64,000 nucleotides of DNA from Thermoplasmata archaeon (lineage in GTDB: Archaea; Thermoplasmatota; Thermoplasmata; Thermoplasmatales; ARK-15). Under the pieces are notes generated by a model. It searched no databases and was not told the origin of the DNA. It saw only the letters and a program-made list of their open reading frames with translations. The stretch lies in NCBI GenBank assembly GCA_023261755.1, contig JAGDXS010000026.1, positions 22,015 through 86,014 on the forward strand, given 5' to 3'. The translations under genes and the position numbers were made by a program. Below, piece by piece: positions 1-9,065 of this stretch (position 1 is the first letter of the stretch; every line of letters begins with the position of its first letter).

Positions 1-1033
1 TGATTCAAAGGATATAAAAGAAATGCTAAAAAGAACAATAACGTTGGAATATGGAGAAACAACTGATATCACGCAGGATGTTAGATTAACATTTCATAAT
101 GCAGGTCATATACTAGGTTCATCCATCGCACATTTTCATATAGGAGAAGGTCTCCATAATATTGTTGTTTCAGGTGATATAAAATTTGAAAAAACGTGGT
201 TATTTAGTGCAGCAAATAATAAGTTTCCAAGGGCAGAGACAGTTATAATAGAATCAACTTACGGAGGAAGGGATGATTTTCAGCCATCTAGAAGGGAAGC
301 AGGTGAAAATCTTAAAAACATTGTTTCAAATGTTATATCTAGGAATGGTAAAGTTCTAGTTCCTGTTTTTGCAGTGGGCAGAAGTCAGGAGGTAATGCTT
401 GTCTTGGAAGAATATATTAGAAATAATGAGCTTCCAAAAATACCAGTATACATAGATGGAATGATTTGGGAAGCAACTGCAATACATGCTGCCTATCCAG
501 AGTATCTTAATAAAGAACTTAGGGAAAGAATTTTTAAAAAATCAGATAATCCATTTCTTTCAGATATATTTGTAAGGGTAGATACACCGGATAGAAGGGA
601 AAAGATCGTAAATGATCCAGATCCTTCCGTTATTCTGGCTACATCAGGTATGATGAATGGTGGTCCCGTCATGGAATATTTCATCAACATGGCTGAAAAT
701 CCAAAAAATGCATTAATATTTGTTGGTTATCAGGCAGAGGGAACAATTGGTAGAAGGATACAAAAGGGTGAAAAAGCATTAACATTATCATACATGGGGA
801 AAATGAATACAATTAATATAAGCATGGAAATTGCAACAGTTGAAGGATTCTCAGGTCATGCTGATAGAAAACAATTAATACAGTTCATAACATCCATGCA
901 CCCAAGACCAAATAAGGTAATTACTTGCCACGGTGATGGAGATAATTGTGAATATTTGGCAGATACATTTTATAGGAAATATGGAATAGATTCAATTGCT
1001 CCTAAAAATCTTGAATCTTTGAGGTTATATTAA
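1..1033 (+). CDS. fttA: Beta-CASP ribonuclease aCPSF1/FttA, 3' part; the frame is open from the window edge, so the gene starts upstream
   Basis: Motifs FHNAGHILGS, SGD, IESTYG, PVFAVGRSQE, FSGHAD and CHG are beta-CASP signatures. Frame 2 reads DSKDIKE-M with no stop before position 23. Confidence 0.9.
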   Translation, partial: DSKDIKEMLKRTITLEYGETTDITQDVRLTFHNAGHILGSSIAHFHIGEGLHNIVVSGDIKFEKTWLFSAANNKFPRAETVIIESTYGGRDDFQPSRREAGENLKNIVSNVISRNGKVLVPVFAVGRSQEVMLVLEEYIRNNELPKIPVYIDGMIWEATAIHAAYPEYLNKELRERIFKKSDNPFLSDIFVRVDTPDRREKIVNDPDPSVILATSGMMNGGPVMEYFINMAENPKNALIFVGYQAEGTIGRRIQKGEKALTLSYMGKMNTINISMEIATVEGFSGHADRKQLIQFITSMHPRPNKVITCHGDGDNCEYLADTFYRKYGIDSIAPKNLESLRLY

Positions 1034-1034
1034 T

Positions 1035-1715
1035 ATGGAATTCAAGAGCCTTGAAGAAATGAATGAATTATTAATAAATTGTATGAAGTGCCCTAGGCTT
1101 GTTGAGTTCAGGAAAAATGTTGCTTTGAGAAAAAATAGATTTTATGGAGAAATTTACTGGAGCAGGCCTGTACCAGGATTTGGAAATCATGATGGAAAAC
1201 TTTTGATCCTAGGTCTCGCACCTGCGGCCACGGGTGGAAATAGGACTGGAAGAATATTCACAGGAGATAAAAGTGCCCAATTCCTTGTAAATTGTCTTTA
1301 CAAGGTAGGATTCACAAATAAAAGCACATCAGAAAATGCTAATGATGGTTTAATTTATTATGATGCTTATGTAACTGCAGTTTTAAAATGCGTTCCACCA
1401 AATGATAAACCTACATTGGATGAATTGAATAATTGCAGTCCATATATGGAATATGAAATAGAAACGATGAAAAATTTAAAGGCTATTCTTGTTCTTGGTA
1501 GAATAGCATTTGAATCCTTAAAAAGATATTTAAAGAAGAAAGGTATTAATATTCAAGGTATGGAATTCAAGCATGGTACATTCTATGAAATTGATAATAA
1601 TAAAAGAATATATTGTTCATACCATCCTAGCCCGAGAAATGTAAACACTGGAAGAATAAAAAGTGATGATTTAATAAATATATTAAATGACATCAAAAAT
1701 TACATTTATGCATAA
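1035..1715 (+). CDS. Uracil-DNA glycosylase family 5 (UdgB-like, 4Fe-4S)
   Basis: CxxCxxL at the N-terminus, GLAPAATGGNRTGRIFTGD, KCVPP, SYHPSPRN. Confidence 0.9.
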   Translation: MEFKSLEEMNELLINCMKCPRLVEFRKNVALRKNRFYGEIYWSRPVPGFGNHDGKLLILGLAPAATGGNRTGRIFTGDKSAQFLVNCLYKVGFTNKSTSENANDGLIYYDAYVTAVLKCVPPNDKPTLDELNNCSPYMEYEIETMKNLKAILVLGRIAFESLKRYLKKKGINIQGMEFKHGTFYEIDNNKRIYCSYHPSPRNVNTGRIKSDDLINILNDIKNYIYA

Positions 1716-1746
1716 ACATTTTATATAGAAAAATGTTCTAGTAATT

Positions 1747-2124
1747 ATGGCAAATAAAAAGCAAAATACAGGAAAGAAAGAGCAAAATGAAAAAGACGAA
1801 TATTTGGATTTTTTGGAAGAGACGTTAAGTGAGTTTACTTTAGCATTATTAATAGACATGGAAAAGCATGGCATTTTTGAAGAAAAGAATGAGGAATTCA
1901 ATGTTACCGATAAATTTATGGATAAACTTATGGACATTAGTATGCAAAATTTAAATTCTGGACTTGATTCAGATGAAGTTATTGAGGAATCCGTAATTTC
2001 TGCAATTAAAGAATTTTACGGTGATCAGTTAGTTGAAGAGGAAATATATCCTAGAGCTGATATTGTAATTAGTTTTGTATTGCAGGACCTTGAAGATGCA
2101 ATAAAAGATAACGCATCCAAATGA
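1747..2124 (+). CDS. Hypothetical acidic protein (125 aa)
   Basis: Clean ORF that overlaps the rnhB start (ATGA). No motif recognised. Confidence 0.75.
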   Translation: MANKKQNTGKKEQNEKDEYLDFLEETLSEFTLALLIDMEKHGIFEEKNEEFNVTDKFMDKLMDISMQNLNSGLDSDEVIEESVISAIKEFYGDQLVEEEIYPRADIVISFVLQDLEDAIKDNASK

Positions 2125-2774
2125 TCACCTGTGGTGTGGACGAAGCAGGGCGCGGCCCTGTAATAGGTCCACTGGTGATATGTGGCCTATGTGCGGATGA
2201 TGTATTGTTAAAAGAGCTTAATGTTAGGGATTCTAAATTGCTTAGTCCCTCGAGGAGAGAAAAACTTTATCCTGAGATTTTAAAAATAGCCAATTCCTAT
2301 AAAATAGAAATGTTAAAAGCGGAGCAAATAGACGAATTAAGAAAAACCATGTCATTAAATGAAATAGAGGCAATGTACTTTGCAAAGGTAATTAGTTCAT
2401 TAGAAGGAGAAATTTTTATTGTTGATGCCGCTGATGTTGATGAAAATAGATTTGCTGAAACAATAAAAAAATATTTAGATAAAAATATTAATATAATTTC
2501 AAAACATAAAGCGGACAGAGATTATCCTTCAGTCTCAGCTGCATCTATAATTGCAAAAGTAACAAGAGATAGAGAAATTGAAAAAATTAAAGATGAAATT
2601 GGAGATTTTGGATCAGGTTATCCTGCCGATCCAAAAACAATTAATTTTATTACACAATATTATAATAAATATGGTATATTACCACCATATGTAAGGAAAT
2701 CATGGAAAACATTGAAAAACTTAATTACTTTAGATAACTATTTGGATGGTGATAACTATGAAAGAACTTTATGA
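2121..2774 (+). CDS. rnhB: Ribonuclease HII
   Basis: CGVDEAGRGPVIGP, DSK, VSAASIIAKV, GSGYPAD. Confidence 0.95.
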   Translation: MITCGVDEAGRGPVIGPLVICGLCADDVLLKELNVRDSKLLSPSRREKLYPEILKIANSYKIEMLKAEQIDELRKTMSLNEIEAMYFAKVISSLEGEIFIVDAADVDENRFAETIKKYLDKNINIISKHKADRDYPSVSAASIIAKVTRDREIEKIKDEIGDFGSGYPADPKTINFITQYYNKYGILPPYVRKSWKTLKNLITLDNYLDGDNYERTL

Positions 2775-3084
2775 TTTAGTGGAAAAATTCAACATAAGGG
2801 CGAAGCAGGATGAAAAACTTAGAAAAGAAATACAAGATTTGGAAAGAAAGATTCAGATAAATTTTAGGGATAATGGTTCATACAATTTCATTTTAAAGAA
2901 CGCTCAAGTTTTTGAAATAAAGGATAATTTACAGAACCCGGACATTGTGGTTAGTATATCCACGGATGTTTTCAATAAAATATTAAACAAGGAAATGGAT
3001 GTTTTAAGTGCATATATAACTAGAAAATTCACAGTAAAGGCATCACTCTCAGATAAATTGTTAATTTCTGAACTTCTAAAATGA
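2758..3084 (+). CDS. SCP2 sterol/lipid-carrier domain protein
   Basis: Size and the pattern 'PDIVVSISTDVF..IL..E.D..SAY.T.KFTVK'. Start placed at ATG 2758, after a GGTGA SD. Confidence 0.7.
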   Translation: MKELYDLVEKFNIRAKQDEKLRKEIQDLERKIQINFRDNGSYNFILKNAQVFEIKDNLQNPDIVVSISTDVFNKILNKEMDVLSAYITRKFTVKASLSDKLLISELLK

Positions 3085-3119
3085 AAATGGTTTAATCCAA
3101 GAAATGGTATATCCTAATA

Positions 3120-6100
3120 ATGAAACCTGATGAATATTTCCAAATGTTAAAAAACGAGGCAGACAAGCTTTACATTTTGGCAGAAAAAGCAAGATCGAGG
3201 GGATTTGATCCTGAGGATAATGTTGAAATACCTAGAGCGGAGGATCTTGCTTCCAGAGTTGAACAACTTATAGGTTTCAAAGGAATAGCAGAAATAATAA
3301 GAGATTTTTCAAAAAAATATGATAGGGAAACGGTAAGCATAATGACCGCTAAGGAAATAGCAAAAAGGCTTTTTGATGATAAAAAGAAAGCATTGGACGT
3401 ATCCATCAGGGCAGGTTTAGCCATTCTTACAGAAGGTATATTGGTAGCACCCTTGGAAGGTATTTCTAAAATAGATATTAAAAAAAATTCTGATGGTACG
3501 GATTATCTAGCAATTTATTATTCAGGTCCTATAAGGGGGGCGGGAGGGACAGGTCAGGCATTAAGTGTACTAATAGGTGATGTTGTAAGACAGGATCTTG
3601 GCATAAGTAGATTCAAGCCATCAGATAACCTTGTAGAAAGATACAAAGAAGAAATTCAAATATACAAAAATGTGGAACATTTGCAATACAATCCTTCCCC
3701 AAAGGAGATAGAAATAACGATCAGAAACTGCCCAGTATGTATAGATGGCGAAGGTACAATTGATGATGAGGTTTCAGGATTCAGAGATTTGCCTGAAGTA
3801 GAGACAAACAGAGTAAGGGGTGGTATGTGTTTAGTCGTGGCTGAAGGTTTAATTCAAAAAGCAAGAAAAATAAAAGGTATTGTAGACAAAATGAAGATTG
3901 ACGGTTGGAATTTTATAGATGATCTAATAAAAGATGAAAAAAAGGATGAAGAGGGTAAAAGCTCAGAAAAGTTTATTGAGGATATAGTGGCAGGAAGACC
4001 TGTTTTTTCTCACTCGGAGAGAAAAGGAGGCTTCAGGCTTAGGTATGGAAGATGCAGAACCGGAGGCCTTGCAACTGTTTCAATAAATCCAGCTACAATG
4101 GTTTTAATGGACAATTTTATTGCTGCAGGAACACAATTAAAACTTGAATTCCCTGGCAAGGCAGCGGGTATGACAGCATGTGAAACGGTGGAGGGACCAA
4201 TAGTACTTCTTAAGAATGGAGATCTTGTTCAAGCTAATACCCTTGAGGAAGCAATAAAAATTAAGGATCAAGTGGAAAAGATTTACGATAATGGTGAAAT
4301 ACTAATACCATTCGGTGAATTTCTTGAAAATAACTATCCTCTTAGGCCAGGTTCATTTACAATTGATTGGTGGGAAAAGATAGTAAAATCAAAAAATTTG
4401 GAAAAACCAAGGGAAAAAGATTTTGAAACACTTTATAATTTTTCTTTAAAATATGATGTTCCATTGCATCCCGATTATAATCTATTCTGGCACGACATGG
4501 ACATGGAAAAAATAAAAATTTTAAGAGATTATTTATTAAAAAATTCTCGCATTTCAGATGGAAAATTATTCATAGAAAAAAATAAAGAAATCAAAGAAAT
4601 TCTTTGTGAATTGGGAGTTCTTCATATAGAAAGAGAAAAATACATTGTAGAAAAATATTCAAAAGCATTAATCAGAATGCTAGGACTTGAACTTCAAGAA
4701 ACCATAATTATTGAAAATAAAAAATTTCCAGAAAATGTTACAGATCCAGTGGAAATTGTGGAGGAATTATCTGGAATTACAATTTTACCAAGAGCTCCAA
4801 CAAGGGTAGGTGCAAGAATGGGTAGACCAGAAAAGGCAGCAGAAAGGAAGATGAAGCCACCGGTGAATGTTCTTTTCCCAATTGGCGAGACATCAAATAA
4901 TAGAAGGTCAATAACAACACTTATAAATGATGTAAATGCAAAAATTAATGTTACCATGGGCTTAAGGGTATGCCCTAAGTGTGGAAGAAAAACTTACAAA
5001 TTAAGGTGTGAAAAGTGTGGATCAAGAACAAACTTTACAGAGAAGGAGCAGGAAATTGAATTATCAATAGGGAAGTTATGGAAAGAGGCTATTGAAAATT
5101 TAGGAGAAATGCCTGGCGATGATTTCAATGTAAAAGGTGTTAAGGGTCTAATATCAAAAGAACTTCTTCCAGAGCCATTGGAAAAGGGAATTCTCAGGGC
5201 TTTACACAATGTTTGGGTTTACAAAGATGGAACATCCAGATTTGATATGAGTAATCTTGCCATCACGCATTTCAGAATTAGGGAAATAGGTTTAAATGCG
5301 CAAAAGGCAAGAGAACTTGGATATGAAAATGATATTTTTGGTAATCCTGTAACAAACGAAGATCAAATATGTCAAATAATGCCACAGGATATAATAATTT
5401 CAAAGAACGGTGCAGGATATTTGGTAAATGTTTCAAGATTCATTGATGATCTTTTGGAAAAATTTTACCATATGGAAAAATTTTATAACATTAAAGATGA
5501 ACGTGACCTCATAGGCCATCTTGTTATGGGTCTTTCACCACATACATCTGGAGCGGTTTTAGCTAGAATAATTGGATTTACTGATCTTTCAGCATGTTTC
5601 GCGCATCCATTCTTCCATGCTGCAAAAAGAAGGAACTGTGATGGCGATGAAGATAGTGTTATGCTTGTATTGGACGCACTTATTAATTTTTCAAGACATT
5701 ACCTCCCATCATCTAGAGGAAGTTTAATGGATGCACCATTATTCCTATCTTTAAAAGTAGATCCTAGGGAGATTGATAAAGAAGCTTTAAATGTTGACAT
5801 ACTATGGGATTACCCATTAGAGTTCTATATTGCGGCAATGAAAAAGCAAAAACCTTCGGATGTTTCAAATATAATGGAAACAATTAAAAATAGATTAGGT
5901 AAAGAAAATGAAATAACTGGTTACGGTTTCACCAATGATACACCTGATATAAATAGAAGTGTAAAAGAAAGTACGTATAAAACGTTAAAACAGATGGATG
6001 AGAAAACACAAGCTCAATTATTCCTTGCAAAGAAATTAAGAGCAGTGGATGAAACAGATGTGGCTAATAGAATTGTATCACACCATTTTATTCCGGATAT

Positions 6101-6416
6101 TATGGGTAACATGAGAAAATATGGTACACAGGAATTCAGGTGTACCAAATGTGGCAGGAAATATAGAAGAATGCCACTAAGTGGAAAATGCCAGTGTGGT
6201 GCTAACCTTGTTCTTACTACATCAGAGGGGAATATAACAAAATATCTGAGTTTATCAAAAAAAGTTTCTGATGAATTTAAAATAAATAATTATACAAGGC
6301 AGAGATTACTCTTTGCTGAGGAAGCTATAAAGACCATGTTCTCCAATAAAGAAGAAAATAAAATTATTGAAATAAAAGAAAATAAAAATGGAAAAACACT
6401 GGAGGATTATATATGA
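3120..6416 (+). CDS. polC: DNA polymerase D large subunit DP2 (no intein)
   Basis: GGFRLRYGR, GRPEKA, AKRRNCDGDED catalytic motif, C-terminal CxxC Zn ribbon. Confidence 0.97.
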   Translation: MKPDEYFQMLKNEADKLYILAEKARSRGFDPEDNVEIPRAEDLASRVEQLIGFKGIAEIIRDFSKKYDRETVSIMTAKEIAKRLFDDKKKALDVSIRAGLAILTEGILVAPLEGISKIDIKKNSDGTDYLAIYYSGPIRGAGGTGQALSVLIGDVVRQDLGISRFKPSDNLVERYKEEIQIYKNVEHLQYNPSPKEIEITIRNCPVCIDGEGTIDDEVSGFRDLPEVETNRVRGGMCLVVAEGLIQKARKIKGIVDKMKIDGWNFIDDLIKDEKKDEEGKSSEKFIEDIVAGRPVFSHSERKGGFRLRYGRCRTGGLATVSINPATMVLMDNFIAAGTQLKLEFPGKAAGMTACETVEGPIVLLKNGDLVQANTLEEAIKIKDQVEKIYDNGEILIPFGEFLENNYPLRPGSFTIDWWEKIVKSKNLEKPREKDFETLYNFSLKYDVPLHPDYNLFWHDMDMEKIKILRDYLLKNSRISDGKLFIEKNKEIKEILCELGVLHIEREKYIVEKYSKALIRMLGLELQETIIIENKKFPENVTDPVEIVEELSGITILPRAPTRVGARMGRPEKAAERKMKPPVNVLFPIGETSNNRRSITTLINDVNAKINVTMGLRVCPKCGRKTYKLRCEKCGSRTNFTEKEQEIELSIGKLWKEAIENLGEMPGDDFNVKGVKGLISKELLPEPLEKGILRALHNVWVYKDGTSRFDMSNLAITHFRIREIGLNAQKARELGYENDIFGNPVTNEDQICQIMPQDIIISKNGAGYLVNVSRFIDDLLEKFYHMEKFYNIKDERDLIGHLVMGLSPHTSGAVLARIIGFTDLSACFAHPFFHAAKRRNCDGDEDSVMLVLDALINFSRHYLPSSRGSLMDAPLFLSLKVDPREIDKEALNVDILWDYPLEFYIAAMKKQKPSDVSNIMETIKNRLGKENEITGYGFTNDTPDINRSVKESTYKTLKQMDEKTQAQLFLAKKLRAVDETDVANRIVSHHFIPDIMGNMRKYGTQEFRCTKCGRKYRRMPLSGKCQCGANLVLTTSEGNITKYLSLSKKVSDEFKINNYTRQRLLFAEEAIKTMFSNKEENKIIEIKENKNGKTLEDYI

Positions 6417-7180
6417 ACTCTACAATATTTGTTTTAGGCCCGGCTGGTTCGGGAAAATCTACCTTTACAGGATCTTTCGTAGAATGGATGCAAAGTAATA
6501 ATTATAATGCGATAGCGGTAAATCTTGACCCTGGCACAGAATTTCTGCCATATGAACCGGATGTAGATGTAAGGGATTATGTTGTTCTCCAAGACATAAT
6601 GCAAGATTATTCATTGGGACCAAATGGAGCACAAATTCTAGCAGCAGACCTTATAGCGAATCAAATTGATGATATCAAAAAAGAAATAGATGAATATGAT
6701 ACAGACTATGTTATAGTTGATACACCTGGGCAGCTCGAATTATTTGCATTCAGAACGTCTAGTGAATTTATAATGGATCAAATATCAGATAGGAAGGGTT
6801 TTATTGCTTTTTTAATGGACCCAATGGTTGCAATATCCCCATCTGGTTATGTTTCCCTATTAACGCTTTCAGCCAGTGTATTTTTTAGATTTTATACCCC
6901 TTTCATAAACATAATAAATAAAATTGATCTATTGAATGATTCCGATCTATTGAAATTAAAATCTTGGTCTTATGATGCAGGGGTTCTTTATGAAGATTTA
7001 AGAAATGAAAAGCCTAATATGAATAATGTTTATTTAACTGAAATTCTAAAATCACTGCAGGAAATAGGTACTTCAAGTACTCCAATATTTTGTTCTTCTA
7101 AGGAGTTAAAAGGTTTAGAATATATTTATTCCGCGATCCAGATGGTTTATTCAGGAGGAGAAGATTTGGAAAAAAGGTAA
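6413..7180 (+). CDS. GPN-loop GTPase
   Basis: GPAGSGKS, NLDPG, GPNG, DTPGQLE, NKID. Confidence 0.92.
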   Translation: MNSTIFVLGPAGSGKSTFTGSFVEWMQSNNYNAIAVNLDPGTEFLPYEPDVDVRDYVVLQDIMQDYSLGPNGAQILAADLIANQIDDIKKEIDEYDTDYVIVDTPGQLELFAFRTSSEFIMDQISDRKGFIAFLMDPMVAISPSGYVSLLTLSASVFFRFYTPFINIINKIDLLNDSDLLKLKSWSYDAGVLYEDLRNEKPNMNNVYLTEILKSLQEIGTSSTPIFCSSKELKGLEYIYSAIQMVYSGGEDLEKR

Positions 7181-7184
7181 AATT

Positions 7185-7808
7185 TTATTTTTTCATTAAA
7201 TGGACTTTAAATTCATCATAATCAAGGATAGCATAATACCCTTCCTTAGCTGGTCCCGGGTTAAAAAATAAAGTACCATTGTATATCAATGAACCTCTTT
7301 CTTCATGAATATGGCCTGACATTACAATTTTAGGTTTTTTCTCATCAACTGCTTTTCTGATTCCTTTGTTTCCAGCATGCATATTTTTTACAGAATCAAG
7401 AATACCATATGGTGGTTGATGCAGCATCAATATAGAATTTTCATCAATTTTGTCAACTAGAAAATTGTATGCTTCTTCATCAGAATAACCTATGCCCATA
7501 TTAATAAAATTAAAATCTGAGCCCCCCAAACCTATTATTTCAAGATCTTTGAATTTATATTTATTTTTGTGCATATTTATCATCCCGGATTTATCTATAT
7601 AGTTCAGAACATCTGGTGGATCACAGTTTCCTGGAATGGCTAAAATAGGTTTCTTATCAGTGAAAATATCTAAGACAAATTCTGCTGGTCCAAAATTTGT
7701 AAGGTCTCCTAATAAAATCACAAGATCTATATTTTCTTTTTCTATAATTTCTTCAATGAAGTAGTGCGTGATCATGGAATGAAGATCTGAAAGTATGAGG
7801 AATTTCAT
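7185..7808 (-). CDS. Calcineurin-like metallophosphoesterase
   Basis: SDLH, GDL, GNCD, HQPP, GHIHE. Start placed at ATG 7808, after a GGTGG SD. Confidence 0.88.
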   Translation of the reverse strand: MKFLILSDLHSMITHYFIEEIIEKENIDLVILLGDLTNFGPAEFVLDIFTDKKPILAIPGNCDPPDVLNYIDKSGMINMHKNKYKFKDLEIIGLGGSDFNFINMGIGYSDEEAYNFLVDKIDENSILMLHQPPYGILDSVKNMHAGNKGIRKAVDEKKPKIVMSGHIHEERGSLIYNGTLFFNPGPAKEGYYAILDYDEFKVHLMKK

Positions 7809-7820
7809 TGTTCCACCCAT

Positions 7821-9032
7821 TTATGTGCCAAAGTTCCATGATTCCATATATTTTTTTTGTTTATCATTTAATTCATCTAAACCAATATTGAAAATTTCTC
7901 TTGAAATATTTGCAACATTTATATCAATATCCTTTGGCACAGGATATACTTTTCTTTCTAATTTTTCCTGATTCATTACTATATACTCTGCTGTCAATGC
8001 CTGAATTGAAAATGAAAGGTCCATTATTTCTACTGGATGACCTTGCCCACCTACAAGATTAATTAACCTCCCTTCACCAAGCAAATATAGTTTTTTACCA
8101 TCCTTAAGAATGTATTCATCCACATATTTCCTAACAGTTCTTTTCTCCTTTGATAGTGACAGAAGGTGGTCTTTGTTTATTTCAACATCAAAATGACCAG
8201 CATTGGCAAATATGCATTTATCCTTAGCCAATTTAAAATGTTCTTCCCTTACAACATCAATCATTCCTGTTGCTGTTATTACAATATCTGCATCCTTTAT
8301 TGCATCTTCCATTTTTTTTACATAAAAGCCATCCATATAAGCTTCTACAGCCTTTACTGGATCAACTTCCGTCACTGTTACCCTGGCTCCCATTCCTTTC
8401 ATCCTTAAAGCTATTCCTTTTCCGCACCACCCGTAGCCGGCAACAACAATATTTTTTCCAGCAATTAGAATATTTGTAGTGCTCATTATACCATCAAGAG
8501 TGCTCTGACCTGTACCGTATCTATTATCAAATAAGTGTTTCATTTGAGCATCATTCACATCAAACATTGGAAATCTCAGCACACCCTCTTTCTCCATAAT
8601 CCTCAATCTTTGCACACCTGTAGTAGTTTCTTCATTCCCACCTAGAATTTTCATCTCTCTTTCCTTGTGTAAAATTGTTGTTAAATCACCACCGTCATCT
8701 ATTATTATGTCAGGATTATTATCAAGAACTTTATTTAGGCTTTCATAATATTCTTCTCTAGATTGTCCTCTTTTTGCATATACTTTCATTTCTTTTGATA
8801 ATGCTCTTGCCACATCATCATCAGTGGTAAGAGGATTGCACGAAGTAATTGATATATCCGCACCCCCAGCTTTGAGTGTTTTAGCCAGAATACCAGTTTT
8901 TGCCTCTAAATGTAGTGCCATACCTATTTTTAAATTTTTAAATGGCATTTCATCAATAAATCTTTTTCTTATCTTAGATATAATACCCATCCTGCTTTCA
9001 GCCCAGTAAAGTTTTTCTTCACCCGCATCCAT
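7821..9032 (-). CDS. ahcY: Adenosylhomocysteinase
   Basis: LHLEAKT, SCNPLTT, DDGGD, EETTTG, FDNRYGTGQS, GYGWCGKG, GHFDVEI, GQGHP. Confidence 0.97.
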   Translation of the reverse strand: MDAGEEKLYWAESRMGIISKIRKRFIDEMPFKNLKIGMALHLEAKTGILAKTLKAGGADISITSCNPLTTDDDVARALSKEMKVYAKRGQSREEYYESLNKVLDNNPDIIIDDGGDLTTILHKEREMKILGGNEETTTGVQRLRIMEKEGVLRFPMFDVNDAQMKHLFDNRYGTGQSTLDGIMSTTNILIAGKNIVVAGYGWCGKGIALRMKGMGARVTVTEVDPVKAVEAYMDGFYVKKMEDAIKDADIVITATGMIDVVREEHFKLAKDKCIFANAGHFDVEINKDHLLSLSKEKRTVRKYVDEYILKDGKKLYLLGEGRLINLVGGQGHPVEIMDLSFSIQALTAEYIVMNQEKLERKVYPVPKDIDINVANISREIFNIGLDELNDKQKKYMESWNFGT

Positions 9033-9065
9033 AATAATCACAATATTCTATAAGCAATTAAAATT

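Noticed and set aside
3120-6416. Intein in PolD DP2
   Set aside because: The length (1098 aa) is normal, the region around CDGDED is uninterrupted, and there are no intein or LAGLIDADG motifs.
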